Origin: Monocercomonoides exilis PA203
Lineage: Eukaryota > Protista > Preaxostyla
Reading direction: 5' to 3'
Assembly: GCA_001643675.2 (NCBI GenBank)
Contig: LSRY02000001.1
Location: forward strand, 1,860,001-1,924,000
DNA: 64,000 nt
Under the pieces are notes generated by a model. It was not told the DNA's origin. It saw only the letters and a program-made list of their open reading frames with translations, and ran no database searches. Below, in pieces: positions 1 through 13,131 of this stretch (position 1 is the first letter of the stretch; the number at the start of each line of letters is the position of its first letter). The position numbers were made by a program, and so were the translations under genes.

Positions 1-3000
1 TGGAGTGCCAGATTTGCCACCCAGAACAGGATCTGAGCAGCTGTTTGCTCCCTCTCCTGCAGAGTGCCTATCGCCATCTCCTTTGTCTTATTCTTTCCAT
101 GAAGAAGCATGAACAGCGAATCCCTCAGATCCACAATCAGCTTCTCATGAGGGGATGAACAGGCCATTGCATCCACCAAATTTGACATTGACGAAGTTGT
201 TGGACACAGATCCTCCCCACGAACAAAAGTTGAATCTGAGTCAGTTGTTGAAGTTGATGAAATGGATGGTGATGGAGTTCTCTTTCTTGTCTCTTCTTCC
301 TCAATTCCCTTTTCGTCAACTTTCTCCAGCATCCATTCAGGGATTTTGTCTGAGTCTCTCCCCAAAATATACTCAGTGGAACCACTCTCACTCAGCAAAT
401 GCTCAGATGATTCAGAATGTTCCATATTCGTCTCATACACCCTCTTCTTGAACCTCTCTTCATTCTTCTTCTCTGCCTCCCTCTCTGCTCTCCTCCACTG
501 CTCCTCGGGTGATGGCTCCATTGTCACCATCTCAATTAGCTTCGGATCCTTCCTCACTGTGTCGTTCACAATCTCTCTCAGATCTTTTGCTTCATTCTTT
601 GCCTTTCTCCAACGAACAAAAAATATTATCAACGCAAATAATAGCACTGCAACAACCGCAATGCAAACAATCAATATCCATGATGATTTCCCTCCTTTTC
701 CTCCTTCAGCAATCCTTTCATTTCCACTTGACTGACTTTCACTCCTGTTCTTCACAATAAATCGCTCTGTTGACGAATGTAAATCTCCTTTCCCAAACAC
801 AATACACACACTCACTTCTGTCTCTTCTCTCATTTTCTCCAATTCTGAAGATGAGATTACAGAATGAATCTCATTCTCTGATACAAACCCTTTTTCATCA
901 ATTTCCTTTCTCACAATTTCTTCTTCATCTCCATTTTTCATGCTCATCTTCACTGACAAATCACATGGCAGAAGCAGTTTTCCAGAAATTATTAGATCCA
1001 AATTCCCATTCAATTGAGTTGAATTCTTCACCTCTTCTAAAATGGGGATGAAAAATGATGATCCTCTTTCTGATGCAATCCCTCCCAATTGACATCCTTC
1101 ATCCAAAATCCAAAGCGATGAGTTATCTTTCAGTCCATCTCCCCCTTTCACGCTCACAACATTCAGTTCGCTATCCCCAGTGCAGATCGCATTCCTTCGC
1201 GCTGATGGATATCCTTCAATCTCGGGGTTGTTGTTCTCAAACTTGCTGTTTTCAATCTTCATACTCCCTCCACTCACCCACAAACCACCTGCCTTGCTAT
1301 TTCTGATTGCTGTTTCTCTCAGTTCCACATTGCTGTTTTCAACATCAACCAATGACCCATTCCATTTGCACAATCCCTCTTTTCTATTGTTTTCTTCATT
1401 AATAATTTCATCTTCTTTTTCTCCATCAAACACACATGCCTCAACCCTCACATTCTTGGAATTTCTTATCTGCATCATGCTTCCCTTATCAACCGAATTC
1501 ACACATCTTCCAAATGAGCTGTTCAGCACACTCACCTCTTGTTCAGCATCTTCCATCCCAATCGCACACCCCTCCAACAGCACAGTCATATTTTCAATGA
1601 CCATCTCTTTCATCGCCACTTTCGCTTTCCCTCCAACACTCACAATATCTCCCTCACATTTGATGTTCAAAATGCTTGTTTCATCAATTATCACATCTGA
1701 TTCTTCATGGAATGAAAGAACTGATACTTTTGAATGAATATCTCTGAATGTTGTTTCCGATATCTTTAGCTCTCCGCTTTCCACGCTCACAATTGAACTG
1801 TTCAATTTCAGTTCATAAGAAGAAGAGAAGAACTCACATTTCTGTATCTCAATTGATCCATTCTTCACTTTCATAAGATAACTGTGAGTTGACTCAAAGG
1901 AATCTTTAAACTCGAATGAGCAACTCTCCACAGCGCTTTCATTTATAAACTCCATCACGCAATCCTTCTCAAATGATTTCTCAATCTTGGAGTTCAATCT
2001 CACAACCGCTTGTGTCTTTTTCAATGAATTCACAACCAGATCTCCAATCACACATTCTTCTTTCACAAACCCTTCCCCATCAATCAGAATCGCATTCATT
2101 ACACCTTGCTCAATGTGGTCAACCCCGCAGTTGATACTGAGGCATGGATTGCTTTGAGCTCCACACCTTCTGCCATCAGTTCCTGTTGCGTTCACAAACA
2201 CTTGAAGCCCATAAAAATAGGTGATTAGCGGAATCAGATCAACATCTCCCTCACTCTCAACATCCCTCCCACAGATGGAGTTGTTTGAGTTCAATGACTC
2301 CTGCTTATAGTTCAAAGCAAACAGCGTTTCGTTGATCTGATGCTCAATCGAGTGGCATCTGACAAATATGTCTTTCCCCACTGATGCCTCATTCATATAG
2401 AACAAAACGTTCACAATCTTGAAATTCAGAGATGGAATCTGACTTTCATTTCCATAATTCGCATTCGGGTCAGATCCATCAATAAACAGCCCTCCTCCAC
2501 ACCCTGTTTCACTCGAGCACTTGCATATCGAAAACGAGCTCCCATTCACTTTCAACACCGACTCCCCACTCTTCAGCACCACATTCATTCCTCCTCCTTC
2601 TCTGCTCAAACCACTCTTGCAACTTGACATCGAACACTCATCAATCACACACTCCATTCCATGCTCATATGATCCCACTTCAATAACACTTGCTCCATTC
2701 CCTTCGTTTGTGATATTGGCAAATGAACACGCAACAACCCTCAGAACTGGTCTGTTTCCATTTGAACCAGTATTCTCATCTCCGTTCATCTGGTTTTCAT
2801 CTTCAATCATCGAAATCAGATTTCTTTCTGTCACACCAGCAAATGAAATGTTCACATTCTGAACCGTCACCTCAGCTGCACTTTGGCTGAAGGAAATGAA
2901 CCCTTTCAACTCTGAGATCAAACTCAACAAACACTTTTCAATCACAACACTCCCTCCATTCACTCTCATCAGACAATATCCAGCTGTCTCTGTCAGCCCG

Positions 3001-6000
3001 GTCAATGAGCCAAATGAACAATCAGAAACAGACAATAAGGTGTTTGTTCCGGAGGATTCAATCAACACTTCATGATGAGTTGTGATGGCTGGCTTGGTGA
3101 ATGACACATTCACAAACGACAAACTCACATTCGAGGATATCATTGAACGATCATCCAAATCATTCTCATCTTCATCACTGATCGTCACCCCTGTCCCTTT
3201 CTTTTTCCCTTCAATCACCACTTCTGGTAACTCTACAACCGATGATGAAGAAAATGATATGAAATGGCTCAGCAACCCTGATCCCACAATGGAAATATGC
3301 GTTTCCCCTTCTCCAAGTGTCTCAAATCTCAGCGATATCAAGTGGTCAATCGATGAACATGGTGCTTCTGAATATCCACATCCACTGAAGTCTCCTCCTT
3401 TCTCTCTCGAAACAAATCCATCCCCGCTCCAGTTCCTCCACAAATACACAACCAATGGAATCACATATCCTTCCTCTCCTGTTGTCTTCCTTTCCCATCC
3501 ACACAGTTCATCCAATGATCTCAGCTCCTCTTCCTTTATCTCCCATTTGAGGTGATCCTCATTTACAATCTCACTCAGATCCCATCCCGAAATAAACACA
3601 TTCTTCCCTTTCCAGGCATCGCATCCCTCAAATGACATTCCTTCCATAACAAATGTTACCATCTCATCTGGCAGCTTCACAAACATCCCTCCTCCAATTC
3701 CTCTTCCTCCATCCTCCACATCCTCTCTTGGCACTTCACATCCTGAATATTTCACATTTTTCATTTTCAAACTCCCTCCCTTCCCCACTGATATCATCAT
3801 CCCTCCTCCTTTCATCCCACTCCTCCCTGAACACACTGATGACAAATTGAATCCTTCAATATTCACAATCCCATTAACTCCCATCTCCACATTCAAACAT
3901 CCTCCTCCTCCTCCTCCATTCCCACCTGTCACTTCCACTCCACACATTCGGCTGTTATTCATCTTCAATTTCACTCCATTTGTTATTGCGATTGGTGATT
4001 TCCCATTCATTCTCACTCCCCCTTCCATCACAAATCCATCCACAATCAGCCCTCCTCCCTCAATGCAAATCACATTGTATCCAATCAATTCATCATTTCC
4101 AAACGAGACTGAACAGCTTGTAATTGTGATGATTGCTGATGAGGAGTGGATAAATCCATTTCTCTTCCCATTCATCTCTTCATTCAGCATTAGTGACAAA
4201 TATCTCATTTCAAATGATTTTGTGCACTCAATAAGGTTATTTTGATTCATCGATCCTTCATCCATCACAGTCACCCTCATTCCTTCTTCTTTCCCTGAAA
4301 CACTCAAATCGAATGACGCCACTTTCATCTCATTCTTTATCCATGATCCCGAAACAACTTCGATTTCATTCACGTTGCTGCTCGCTCTCTTCTCAACACA
4401 ATAGTCAATCGTCAAACACCCAAACTCCTCAAACCCACAATGACTGTGATCCAATGCCCTCTCTCCACTCCCATCAACACACAACTTTGTCTCAATTGAA
4501 CATAAATACACAAACAGTGGAATCACCTCCTCTTCTTTTCCATCCTCACTCCCACACAACTTCAGAATATCTGATGGAATTGCATCTGAATCAAAAAACT
4601 CAAATGAGCTTGCATTCACATTCAACTCCAACAACACTCCTCTTTCACATTGAACAAACAAATCCTTCCCATATTGAGCTTTGTTATTTGCTCCAAACAA
4701 ACCCTCTCTTCCAGATTCCATTTTCATTGAACCATCCCTGCTCTCCATCACAATCATCATCCCTCCTCCTCTCCCTCCACTTCCATTCGAATTCATTGCC
4801 TCACACCCATCAAACACACAACTTCCATTCACAACAACACTTCCTTCCCCCTTCACAACAACACTCATCCCTCCTCCTCTTCCACAAAGGCAACTGCACC
4901 CCTTCACAACACACGACTCAATCACAATTATCCCATTCTTTCCCTCACCTCTTTCTGCTCCAACCACTCCACTCACCCATCCCCCATCTCCATTTCTCTT
5001 CTCAATGTTGTTCACATCACATCCACAAAGCACAACTGATTCCACCCCTTCACCAAACTCAATCAGTGAATGTTCTCCAAATGTCAAGTTCTCTGTTATC
5101 ACCAATCCCTCCACTTTCACTTTTCCCCCAATCACATTCACAAAGCAATATCCAACGGAATTGTCAGATGAACAAACAACAGAACAGTCAGTGAGTGTGA
5201 AGAGTGTGGAATTGGATAAAATTAGAGATGATGCACCAGATAGAGCAGATGGAATACAGAACTTAATGTTTCTCATTGAGCATTTGCTCTGAACCTCAAT
5301 CAGACAAGATGCCTCAAAATTATCTGGTGCTTTCACTCCCATTTCCATCCCTTTTGTGGCACATGAGATTTCCCATTCATGGCCATCTGTCATTCCAACT
5401 GCCTCAGAAAGCTCAAATCCTGAATCTAATTCGATCTTCTTGTTTGCGTCTGGATATCTCACCTGCGCTGCATGGGTGATGGTGGAACACGGATAATAAG
5501 CAAACCCACAAAACCACGAGTCGTATCCACCCAGCCCATCCTTCGCCTTCCCCACATGCGCTGCATTCGGAAATGCGTCCAGAAACACATTCAGTGGGAA
5601 CAGCCCCATTGTCTGATCGCTCCGATCGAATCCCACCAGTTCATTGCATTTTGCATTGCCATGTTGGACATCCAGCTTTTCTGTTGTAATTGCCCAGCTC
5701 ACAGAATTGCTCCCATTCACAAACACATAATTCCCTCCCAATGAAGCAGAACATCCTGAAAAGTCAACTGACACAACAGAGAAGTCGTGTATGCCATCTT
5801 CCAGATGCAACATTATCCCTCCACCATATCCGCAGCACTTGCATCTGTTGAATTTTGTTGTTTCACTTCCAGGAGCTGAAGAAGTCCCAATCCGCAACTT
5901 GCTTGTTGATTCCAACTCGACATTAATCCCACCACCACTTCCAGCCTTGCACTCGCAATCTTGGATTGTCACATTCTGAACAATAAATGTCTCCCCTTCC

Positions 6001-8504
6001 TTCACATTCTTTGCCACAACCACCCCATCTCCTTCTGTCAACCTCACATTCTTCACAGACAAGTTCGCCAGAACGCTCTCTCCTGATGTTGTGGATGTCA
6101 AAAACAGGGCAGATGAAGAAGAAGAAGATTGATTCGGCTCATAGAACAATGGTTTTGAGACATTCATATCCTTGATCTCCACATCGGTCATCAACAGCTG
6201 CGACAGCGGAACCACAAACACTGACGAAGACATCACATAGTTTTCTGAAGAAATACTCGTTGTGATCACAACATCTTCCAATGAGAGTGACCCACTCCCA
6301 TCAGATACCACAGCCACACTCGGTGAAGGATTTATATTTGAGTTACAATCAACTTTTAAATGACTCATTCCAAGATGACCTGTTGACACACTGAACAGCG
6401 ATCCGGTTGATGAAAGGGCTCCTGTTCCAATCGAACTCTTCTCTTTGCCCTTCCCAATGACAGAAATCTTCTTTGATTCAATAGCAATTGTTGTTCTCTC
6501 GCTTGTGTGATTCCCTTCCATCAACGTGATTGCCAAGCTAATCTGCACCTCACACATCTCAAACGCCTTCTTCACTGTTTCGCACGGATTTGTTGTATTT
6601 GCCCCACAAAGAACATATGAATCATTTCCATTCACCGAAACATACAACGTCTTGTCCTTCAGCCAATCCTTTTTTGATATTTGATTGTACATCCAACTGC
6701 TTCCATTATAATTATAGGCATAGCACAACCTCTTATCATCTGCGTTTGTAGTGTAGCATTCATAGAATGGATTGCCTGAATTCAAAAATGAATTGTAGTT
6801 ATCAACATATTCAATATCATGTCCATGTGGAACACTGTCAGAGCATTTGCATTCATGAAAAAGCAAAAAATAACAATATATAATATTATTTAGTTCTGTT
6901 GCTCGATTTTGATACAGTTCCAATCCTCCGCCACCTTGTCGAGCAGAACATAAAACAAATTGAATGCTCCTCATCTTGAATTGTGCAACAGGGATGTTTA
7001 CGCAATGCATTCCTCCGCCATGATTATTCAAAATTGAGCATGAAGTGAAATTGCAGTTAAATACGCACGCGCTTTCTCCTCCTCCATTTTCTGTTTCAAT
7101 ACAGTCTGATCCTGAAACATTGAAACTGTCAAAATAAAGTCCTCCTCCATAACTATGTGCTTTGCAATTCTGAAATTCACACCCGCTGATCCTTATACAC
7201 GATGAAATCGTGTAAACAAATGCCCCTCCTGCAATCCAAGTTTCAGAAGCACAGGCATTAAATGTGTTATTCACCATTTCAACCGATTTGATATCATAGC
7301 ATGAAACTCCTCCTCCGGCATAATACGCAACACATCCATTGAACACACAATTCAAGACTAAAAGTGATGCGTTTAATTTACCATATATGCAAATAGCTCC
7401 TCCATTTGAAGCCACGTCACTATATGATCTATTTGTTCCTGTTGTTTTCGATCCATTCCATTCGCACCAAATAAACGAATTAGCTCCATTGAATGTTTCA
7501 TTCTGTCTATCTGGCTTAATAATATTGTCTGAAGTTCCTTCACATTCAACATTTCTTGTTCGATAGCATCCAATAAACGAGGTGTTCGAGGCAATGAAAG
7601 AGGCCAAAGGGTTGTTCAGAGAGGGAACAATCCCGCCATCATACACATCAAAAACTGATGAGAATGAGCAACTACTCATCAAACATGTGGTTTGGGTTGA
7701 CGTTGTTGTTGGAGATGAACATGCATCATGTGCTGTTGAGATGTTGAAGAAGGTTAATTTGGAGAGTGAAATAAGAGGAATGAAGGGAGATGAGAGGAAT
7801 GGTGCTGATGAAATATGAAAAGACGAGAAATGAGATGAACAAACAGAAACATGACATTTTTCAAGAAATTTACCTTGGAATGCTTTTGAAGAAAATAGAG
7901 AAGGAAATATCTGTTCAGTTGAGGTTGAAGATGATCTGAGAGAAATGTTGGTGAATAATCCACAGCTCCCGCAAAAATCAAAGGGAGACGTCTCTCTCTC
8001 AACTCCAACAACACATCCACTCACCTCAACAAAACATCCATCCGATGCCCTGAGCACACTCTCCCCACCTTTTTCCATCAATCCCAATGAATTCAGTTTC
8101 ATTGATGAATTGACCAGAACAAGGCATCCTTCAATCTGACTCCAATCGCACATTCTCTCCTTTTCCCGCATTTTCCATTCATCGCAAAAATTCAAATTTT
8201 GAACTTTCCCGATTTCTCCTCGTCCATCATTCCATTGTTTTGTGTATTTCTTCATCATTCTCTCTTGTTTTTCTGTCTCTCTCATCCCTTCTTTTTTTTC
8301 ATCATTATGCACATCAAATAAAATGCCATTTCCATATTTGCTATTTTCAGCCTTCTCTTGCCATGTACCTTCAGTATAATTCATATTCTCAACTTTCGCT
8401 GATTCCTCTCTAAATCCTGCACCATCACTTGTAGCACCTTTGCACATGCATTCAACACAAATTATCCACACACAATAAAATATTCCTGACAGCCCCAATA
8501 CCAT
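1..8504 (-). CDS. Giant type-I membrane receptor-like protein (GG/Cys-repeat ectodomain, one TM helix, degenerate kinase C-lobe); 3' end runs off the window
   Basis: Manual minus-strand reading: ATG at 8504 with hydrophobic leader MVLGLSGIFYCVWIICVECMC, in the same frame as TAAQILFWVANLAL at position 1. No stop-terminated minus ORF in this frame appears in the track, consistent with an open frame. TM SSWILIVCIAVVAVLLFALIIFFVRWRK at ~605-690. Five D-x(2-4)-CG-x(4-5)-(P/G)C modules (~6600, 5500, 4430, 3370, 2160). Positions 1-740 closely match 27622-28340. Confidence 0.85.
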   Translation of the reverse strand, partial: MVLGLSGIFYCVWIICVECMCKGATSDGAGFREESAKVENMNYTEGTWQEKAENSKYGNGILFDVHNDEKKEGMRETEKQERMMKKYTKQWNDGRGEIGKVQNLNFCDEWKMREKERMCDWSQIEGCLVLVNSSMKLNSLGLMEKGGESVLRASDGCFVEVSGCVVGVERETSPFDFCGSCGLFTNISLRSSSTSTEQIFPSLFSSKAFQGKFLEKCHVSVCSSHFSSFHISSAPFLSSPFIPLISLSKLTFFNISTAHDACSSPTTTSTQTTCLMSSCSFSSVFDVYDGGIVPSLNNPLASFIASNTSFIGCYRTRNVECEGTSDNIIKPDRQNETFNGANSFIWCEWNGSKTTGTNRSYSDVASNGGAICIYGKLNASLLVLNCVFNGCVAYYAGGGVSCYDIKSVEMVNNTFNACASETWIAGGAFVYTISSCIRISGCEFQNCKAHSYGGGLYFDSFNVSGSDCIETENGGGESACVFNCNFTSCSILNNHGGGMHCVNIPVAQFKMRSIQFVLCSARQGGGGLELYQNRATELNNIIYCYFLLFHECKCSDSVPHGHDIEYVDNYNSFLNSGNPFYECYTTNADDKRLCYAYNYNGSSWMYNQISKKDWLKDKTLYVSVNGNDSYVLCGANTTNPCETVKKAFEMCEVQISLAITLMEGNHTSERTTIAIESKKISVIGKGKEKSSIGTGALSSTGSLFSVSTGHLGMSHLKVDCNSNINPSPSVAVVSDGSGSLSLEDVVITTSISSENYVMSSSVFVVPLSQLLMTDVEIKDMNVSKPLFYEPNQSSSSSSALFLTSTTSGESVLANLSVKNVRLTEGDGVVVAKNVKEGETFIVQNVTIQDCECKAGSGGGINVELESTSKLRIGTSSAPGSETTKFNRCKCCGYGGGIMLHLEDGIHDFSVVSVDFSGCSASLGGNYVFVNGSNSVSWAITTEKLDVQHGNAKCNELVGFDRSDQTMGLFPLNVFLDAFPNAAHVGKAKDGLGGYDSWFCGFAYYPCSTITHAAQVRYPDANKKIELDSGFELSEAVGMTDGHEWEISCATKGMEMGVKAPDNFEASCLIEVQSKCSMRNIKFCIPSALSGASSLILSNSTLFTLTDCSVVCSSDNSVGYCFVNVIGGKVKVEGLVITENLTFGEHSLIEFGEGVESVVLCGCDVNNIEKRNGDGGWVSGVVGAERGEGKNGIIVIESCVVKGCSCLCGRGGGMSVVVKGEGSVVVNGSCVFDGCEAMNSNGSGGRGGGMMIVMESRDGSMKMESGREGLFGANNKAQYGKDLFVQCERGVLLELNVNASSFEFFDSDAIPSDILKLCGSEDGKEEEVIPLFVYLCSIETKLCVDGSGERALDHSHCGFEEFGCLTIDYCVEKRASSNVNEIEVVSGSWIKNEMKVASFDLSVSGKEEGMRVTVMDEGSMNQNNLIECTKSFEMRYLSLMLNEEMNGKRNGFIHSSSAIITITSCSVSFGNDELIGYNVICIEGGGLIVDGFVMEGGVRMNGKSPIAITNGVKLKMNNSRMCGVEVTGGNGGGGGGCLNVEMGVNGIVNIEGFNLSSVCSGRSGMKGGGMMISVGKGGSLKMKNVKYSGCEVPREDVEDGGRGIGGGMFVKLPDEMVTFVMEGMSFEGCDAWKGKNVFISGWDLSEIVNEDHLKWEIKEEELRSLDELCGWERKTTGEEGYVIPLVVYLWRNWSGDGFVSREKGGDFSGCGYSEAPCSSIDHLISLRFETLGEGETHISIVGSGLLSHFISFSSSSVVELPEVVIEGKKKGTGVTISDEDENDLDDRSMISSNVSLSFVNVSFTKPAITTHHEVLIESSGTNTLLSVSDCSFGSLTGLTETAGYCLMRVNGGSVVIEKCLLSLISELKGFISFSQSAAEVTVQNVNISFAGVTERNLISMIEDENQMNGDENTGSNGNRPVLRVVACSFANITNEGNGASVIEVGSYEHGMECVIDECSMSSCKSGLSREGGGMNVVLKSGESVLKVNGSSFSICKCSSETGCGGGLFIDGSDPNANYGNESQIPSLNFKIVNVLFYMNEASVGKDIFVRCHSIEHQINETLFALNYKQESLNSNNSICGRDVESEGDVDLIPLITYFYGLQVFVNATGTDGRRCGAQSNPCLSINCGVDHIEQGVMNAILIDGEGFVKEECVIGDLVVNSLKKTQAVVRLNSKIEKSFEKDCVMEFINESAVESCSFEFKDSFESTHSYLMKVKNGSIEIQKCEFFSSSYELKLNSSIVSVESGELKISETTFRDIHSKVSVLSFHEESDVIIDETSILNIKCEGDIVSVGGKAKVAMKEMVIENMTVLLEGCAIGMEDAEQEVSVLNSSFGRCVNSVDKGSMMQIRNSKNVRVEACVFDGEKEDEIINEENNRKEGLCKWNGSLVDVENSNVELRETAIRNSKAGGLWVSGGSMKIENSKFENNNPEIEGYPSARRNAICTGDSELNVVSVKGGDGLKDNSSLWILDEGCQLGGIASERGSSFFIPILEEVKNSTQLNGNLDLIISGKLLLPCDLSVKMSMKNGDEEEIVRKEIDEKGFVSENEIHSVISSSELEKMREETEVSVCIVFGKGDLHSSTERFIVKNRSESQSSGNERIAEGGKGGKSSWILIVCIAVVAVLLFALIIFFVRWRKAKNEAKDLREIVNDTVRKDPKLIEMVTMEPSPEEQWRRAEREAEKKNEERFKKRVYETNMEHSESSEHLLSESGSTEYILGRDSDKIPEWMLEKVDEKGIEEEETRKRTPSPSISSTSTTDSDSTFVRGEDLCPTTSSMSNLVDAMACSSPHEKLIVDLRDSLFMLLHGKNKTKEMAIGTLQEREQTAAQILFWVANLAL

Positions 8505-9273
8505 GCCTCTCCAACAGTTTGTTTTTCTCTTTTTTCTTTCAAACAAATATGGGCACAACAAATATTTTCTCGTTTTTCTGAGACTGAATATCACATAATT
8601 ATTGAGAAATAAAATATTTTCTATAATTTTTTCACATTTAATTTTTGATCCAAAGAATAATAGTGAATTATTTATCTATTTATGTTGATGTTATTATATT
8701 TCAGCCATCACACTCCGTACAGCAATATCCACCTCTGAAATGGAATAACACATGATTTAGAGTTTCTAATTTTGTTGGCCGTATTTTCATGAGAAATGGC
8801 AACTGGGATGGAAATGAATGATGTGAAGATTGATGAAACCGATGAATGGAAGAGGTATGAGTGATGGAAGTTTTGTGGTTCTGCACCACATATAAATGTA
8901 TGTTTTTTGGTGGATTATTTTGGTTATTTTTATTTGAAGTGCTTTTCGATATATTGAAAGAAATGATTGTTTTTGGCTCGATTGGCTGAAATGGGCGCTT
9001 TTCACAAAAGGGATGGGCTGCCTGAAACAAGGTTATTTGGGTATTTGGATTGGGTGTTTGAAGTGTTTTTCTCACAGATAGAGATGAGATTTTGGTTCAA
9101 GGGAAAGAGGATGAATGGTGGAATGAATGAAAATGGATATATTTTTTTATAAAGTCAAAGAGGTTGCAGAGAATAAATGCTATTTACAATTGGTATGCTA
9201 TTATCTCTGTTTTATTCGAATCTTCTTTTGAAAAATGAATTTTTTTATTTTTTATTTTTTCATAAATAGAACA

Positions 9274-10033
<760 letters not shown>

Positions 10034-11188
10034 CCAACAGAGGAGTTGAACATATTCTTTTGTAAAAATATTCCTTCTCAAACCCACTTTTGAAAGATTT
10101 TTCTTTTCATTTTTTGTATTTCACATTATTCATCCTATTTTCTTTTTGTTATTTCTTTTTGGTCATCTCTTCAATTTAAAAATTATCAAATCTTTATTCA
10201 ATCGAATCAATAGTTTATTGGATGATGTGTTTCAAAAACAAATTAGAAAATAAAACGCAATAATGCAAAAATTTGTGTTGAACGCTTGATTTGTTTGGAA
10301 AAGAACATAAGAACAAAGAAAAATCTTTGCCTTATATCTTTGTGCAAGGCAGAAAATGGAAAAGACGACTTTTATTGGCTTCATGTATGTTAGATCAACA
10401 GTTTTTTTCTTTTTCTTTTCTTTTTTTCTTTCTTTGCTTTTTTCAAAACGAAAAATATGCATGTGTCTGAAAATGATTTGCTATCAAAAAGAGTTTTCAT
10501 CTCGATTATCAAAAATAATTTCAAACCAGCTAAAAGCAAGAAAATGTTGTGGAACAGATCAAAAGGGAAAATAAATGGAACTTCAAGCTTTTTTATGAAA
10601 AAAATCAAAACAGTCACTCACTATTCATGTTATTTGTTAAATGTTGGTAACAGTAATTCTTTAATTATAATGGTTGTTCAAGCAAAACTAATTTGTCTAT
10701 CTTTTTATTGGGAATGCCTTTCGTTATTTCAACTTTTAGCACATCTTCATTTGAAACAGTAATAACAGGATATATTCCAAAAATGGACCTCCACTTCATT
10801 TCATCCTTCTTGTCTCGAAACATTTCAAAAACGAAAGTTTCATAAATTCGTTCCTTCTTTAACGCTTGCAAAATGAGAAAAGTGAAAATTCCTTCAAATG
10901 TTCCAATTGCAAAGGCTCTCAACTACACACCGAGATTTGTCTGCAAGATGCGAACAGGATATATTAAAAGTTTGTGAATCATATTGAAAGTGTTTTTTAA
11001 TATGAATAGGCATCATTATTTAAACAATGATGAATATTGAATTCTGAAGAGTTGATTATAAAAAGAATTGAAAGTTCAGAACACAAATCATTCACATTTT
11101 AAATATATCATCTTCATTTGAGTATTCGAATGGAATATTCACGAACACAGATTAATATATATATATATATTGTGTGTTATGTAATATA

Positions 11189-12006
11189 CACCAAAAATAA
11201 TTCAAATTCGAAAAAAAATAATTCAATTTCGGAATTAATAATTCGAATTCGAAAAAAAATAATTCGATTTCGGAATTAATAATTCAAAATCGAAAATTAA
11301 TAATTCGAATTCGGAAATTAATAATTCAATTTCGTAATTTATTAATTCGATTTCGAAAAAGAATAATTCAATTTCGAAACGTGAATTTTTTTGTTTTGTG
11401 GAATGAAAAACTTGTGTTTCAGAGTTTTATTCTCTTTATTTTTAACTCATCTATTCACAGTGTTTACCAATATTTCAAAAATGATGCATATTCTTCAAAA
11501 ATTTTCATTTATTTTGATTGAAAATATTTTATTTTGAAGTTAATTTAAAAAGAAAATGAATTCATTTTCAAATAAAAAATTGATGATTTTGATATTTTTA
11601 CCAAAGAAAAAAATTTTTTCGATTGGTAATTAAATCCTTATTATTTATTTTTCAATAAACGTGATTGAAAAAATAAAATATTTTTATTTTGATATTCAAT
11701 AGTATGAATATTTTTGAAATTTCTATCATTTCAGTGATGATTTTCGAAAATGAAAAAAATATTCAAAAAATAGATTCGATTCATATTTATGTTAAAAAAT
11801 ATGTTATTTGAGCAATAATATTTGATTGATTAAAAAACAATTTGATATTTTCTGAAATCCATTCTCGAGATATATAAATATTTTCGGTTTTTAATGAATT
11901 TCGAAATTGAATTATTCATTTTCGAAATTGAAATATTAATTACGAAATTGAATTATTATTTTTCGATTTTGAATTATTTTTTTTCGAAATAGAATTATTT
12001 ATGGTG
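11189..12006. mobile_element. Non-autonomous foldback-type TIR element with ~21-23-bp subterminal tandem repeats, TA target duplication
   Basis: Left TA|CACCAAAAATAATTCAAATTCGAAAAAAAATAATTC; right GAATTATTTTTTTTCGAAATAGAATTATTTATGGTG|TA. About 9 AATAATTC-x4-TCG units on the left and about 5 inverted units on the right; no ORF. Confidence 0.85.
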
Positions 12007-12008
12007 TA

Positions 12009-12377
12009 TGACATGAAGAAATGATTCCAAAAATGCTTGTGCACAGAATGAAAACTTTATTATTTTTGAAAGCTGAGAAAGTTTGATAAAGTGAAAAGTG
12101 AAACTGTTTTTGAACTCTGTGCAAAAAAGTTTGGAAGTTTGTATTTTTCCCAAATAAATAATGGAGAGAAAAAATGACATACTTTTTTGAATAAAAGACT
12201 TGCTTAAATGGGGGAAAATATGGACTTTCAAGCTTTTTATGCACAAAGTTTGAAAAAATTGTTTCACTTATAACAATTTTAAACTAACTTTGATTTCAAA
12301 AACAATTTGATATTCATATCTGTTAGCAAACATCACGATGTTTTTACAAAAAGTTTTGTGAAATTCCATGAATGTCA
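12009..12377. repeat. Degenerate long palindrome (probable old MITE)
   Basis: 12098-12151 GTGAAACTGTTTTTGAACTCTGTGCAAAAAAGTTTGGAAG... is an imperfect reverse complement of ~12210-12267; weaker symmetry extends outward. Confidence 0.5.
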
Positions 12378-13131
12378 AAAAATGAACACATTTATTTCAA
12401 AATTTTTGAACACAATAAGTTTATCAAAAGTGCATAATTTTTTTAATGAAAATACCTGAAGTCAAATATTTTGTCCCAAATCTATTATTAAAACATTATC
12501 TTTCAATATGAATATGTAAAATATTTATTTTCAATAGTCCAACGACTTTGAACCTGCAAAAGTTTATCATTTCCAATGCCATTTTCACAAATTAATGAAA
12601 GTTTAATAAACGGGATTAGAAATTTGCAAAAAATTAAAAAATTTTGTTATTAGATAAATAAAAACAAAGAGCTTTTTTCAAAAAAAAATTAACTTCATTT
12701 GAATGAAAATAACCACTAGATTTGATAAAGATTACGATTTGTTTCTAACTTTTTTAACTTTCTAATAAATAAAAGAGTTTCTGTTCAATGCAGATAAAAA
12801 TGGGACGAAATATTTTGCATTATGAATTTTGTTCCATTTTATATTTTCTTAAATTTATTCTCAAATATTGAATTTTTCAGTAATTTTTTGCGTTTTTACG
12901 GTTGAAACATAATGATATGATTGCATAAAAAGTGGCATGTGGCACTTATACGTCACCTTGCCAAATTTTAGATAAAGTTTTGATTATATGTGGAAGCCAC
13001 ATTTTTAAAAGATAATTCAATCGTTTATTTGTGGAAAAATCAGAGTTATTTATAAAAATTTTTGATCAGCCTGTGAAGCATTCAAAATATTAGAACACAA
13101 AATTGTCGGTTTTAATATTGATGACTATATA

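Noticed and set aside
10665-10960. Minus-strand fragment RILQTNLGV...FEGIF
   Set aside because: Too short and interrupted to assign to any family.
11189-11380. CRISPR-like short repeats
   Set aside because: There are no spacers; the repeats are mirrored at 11895-12006 as transposon arms.
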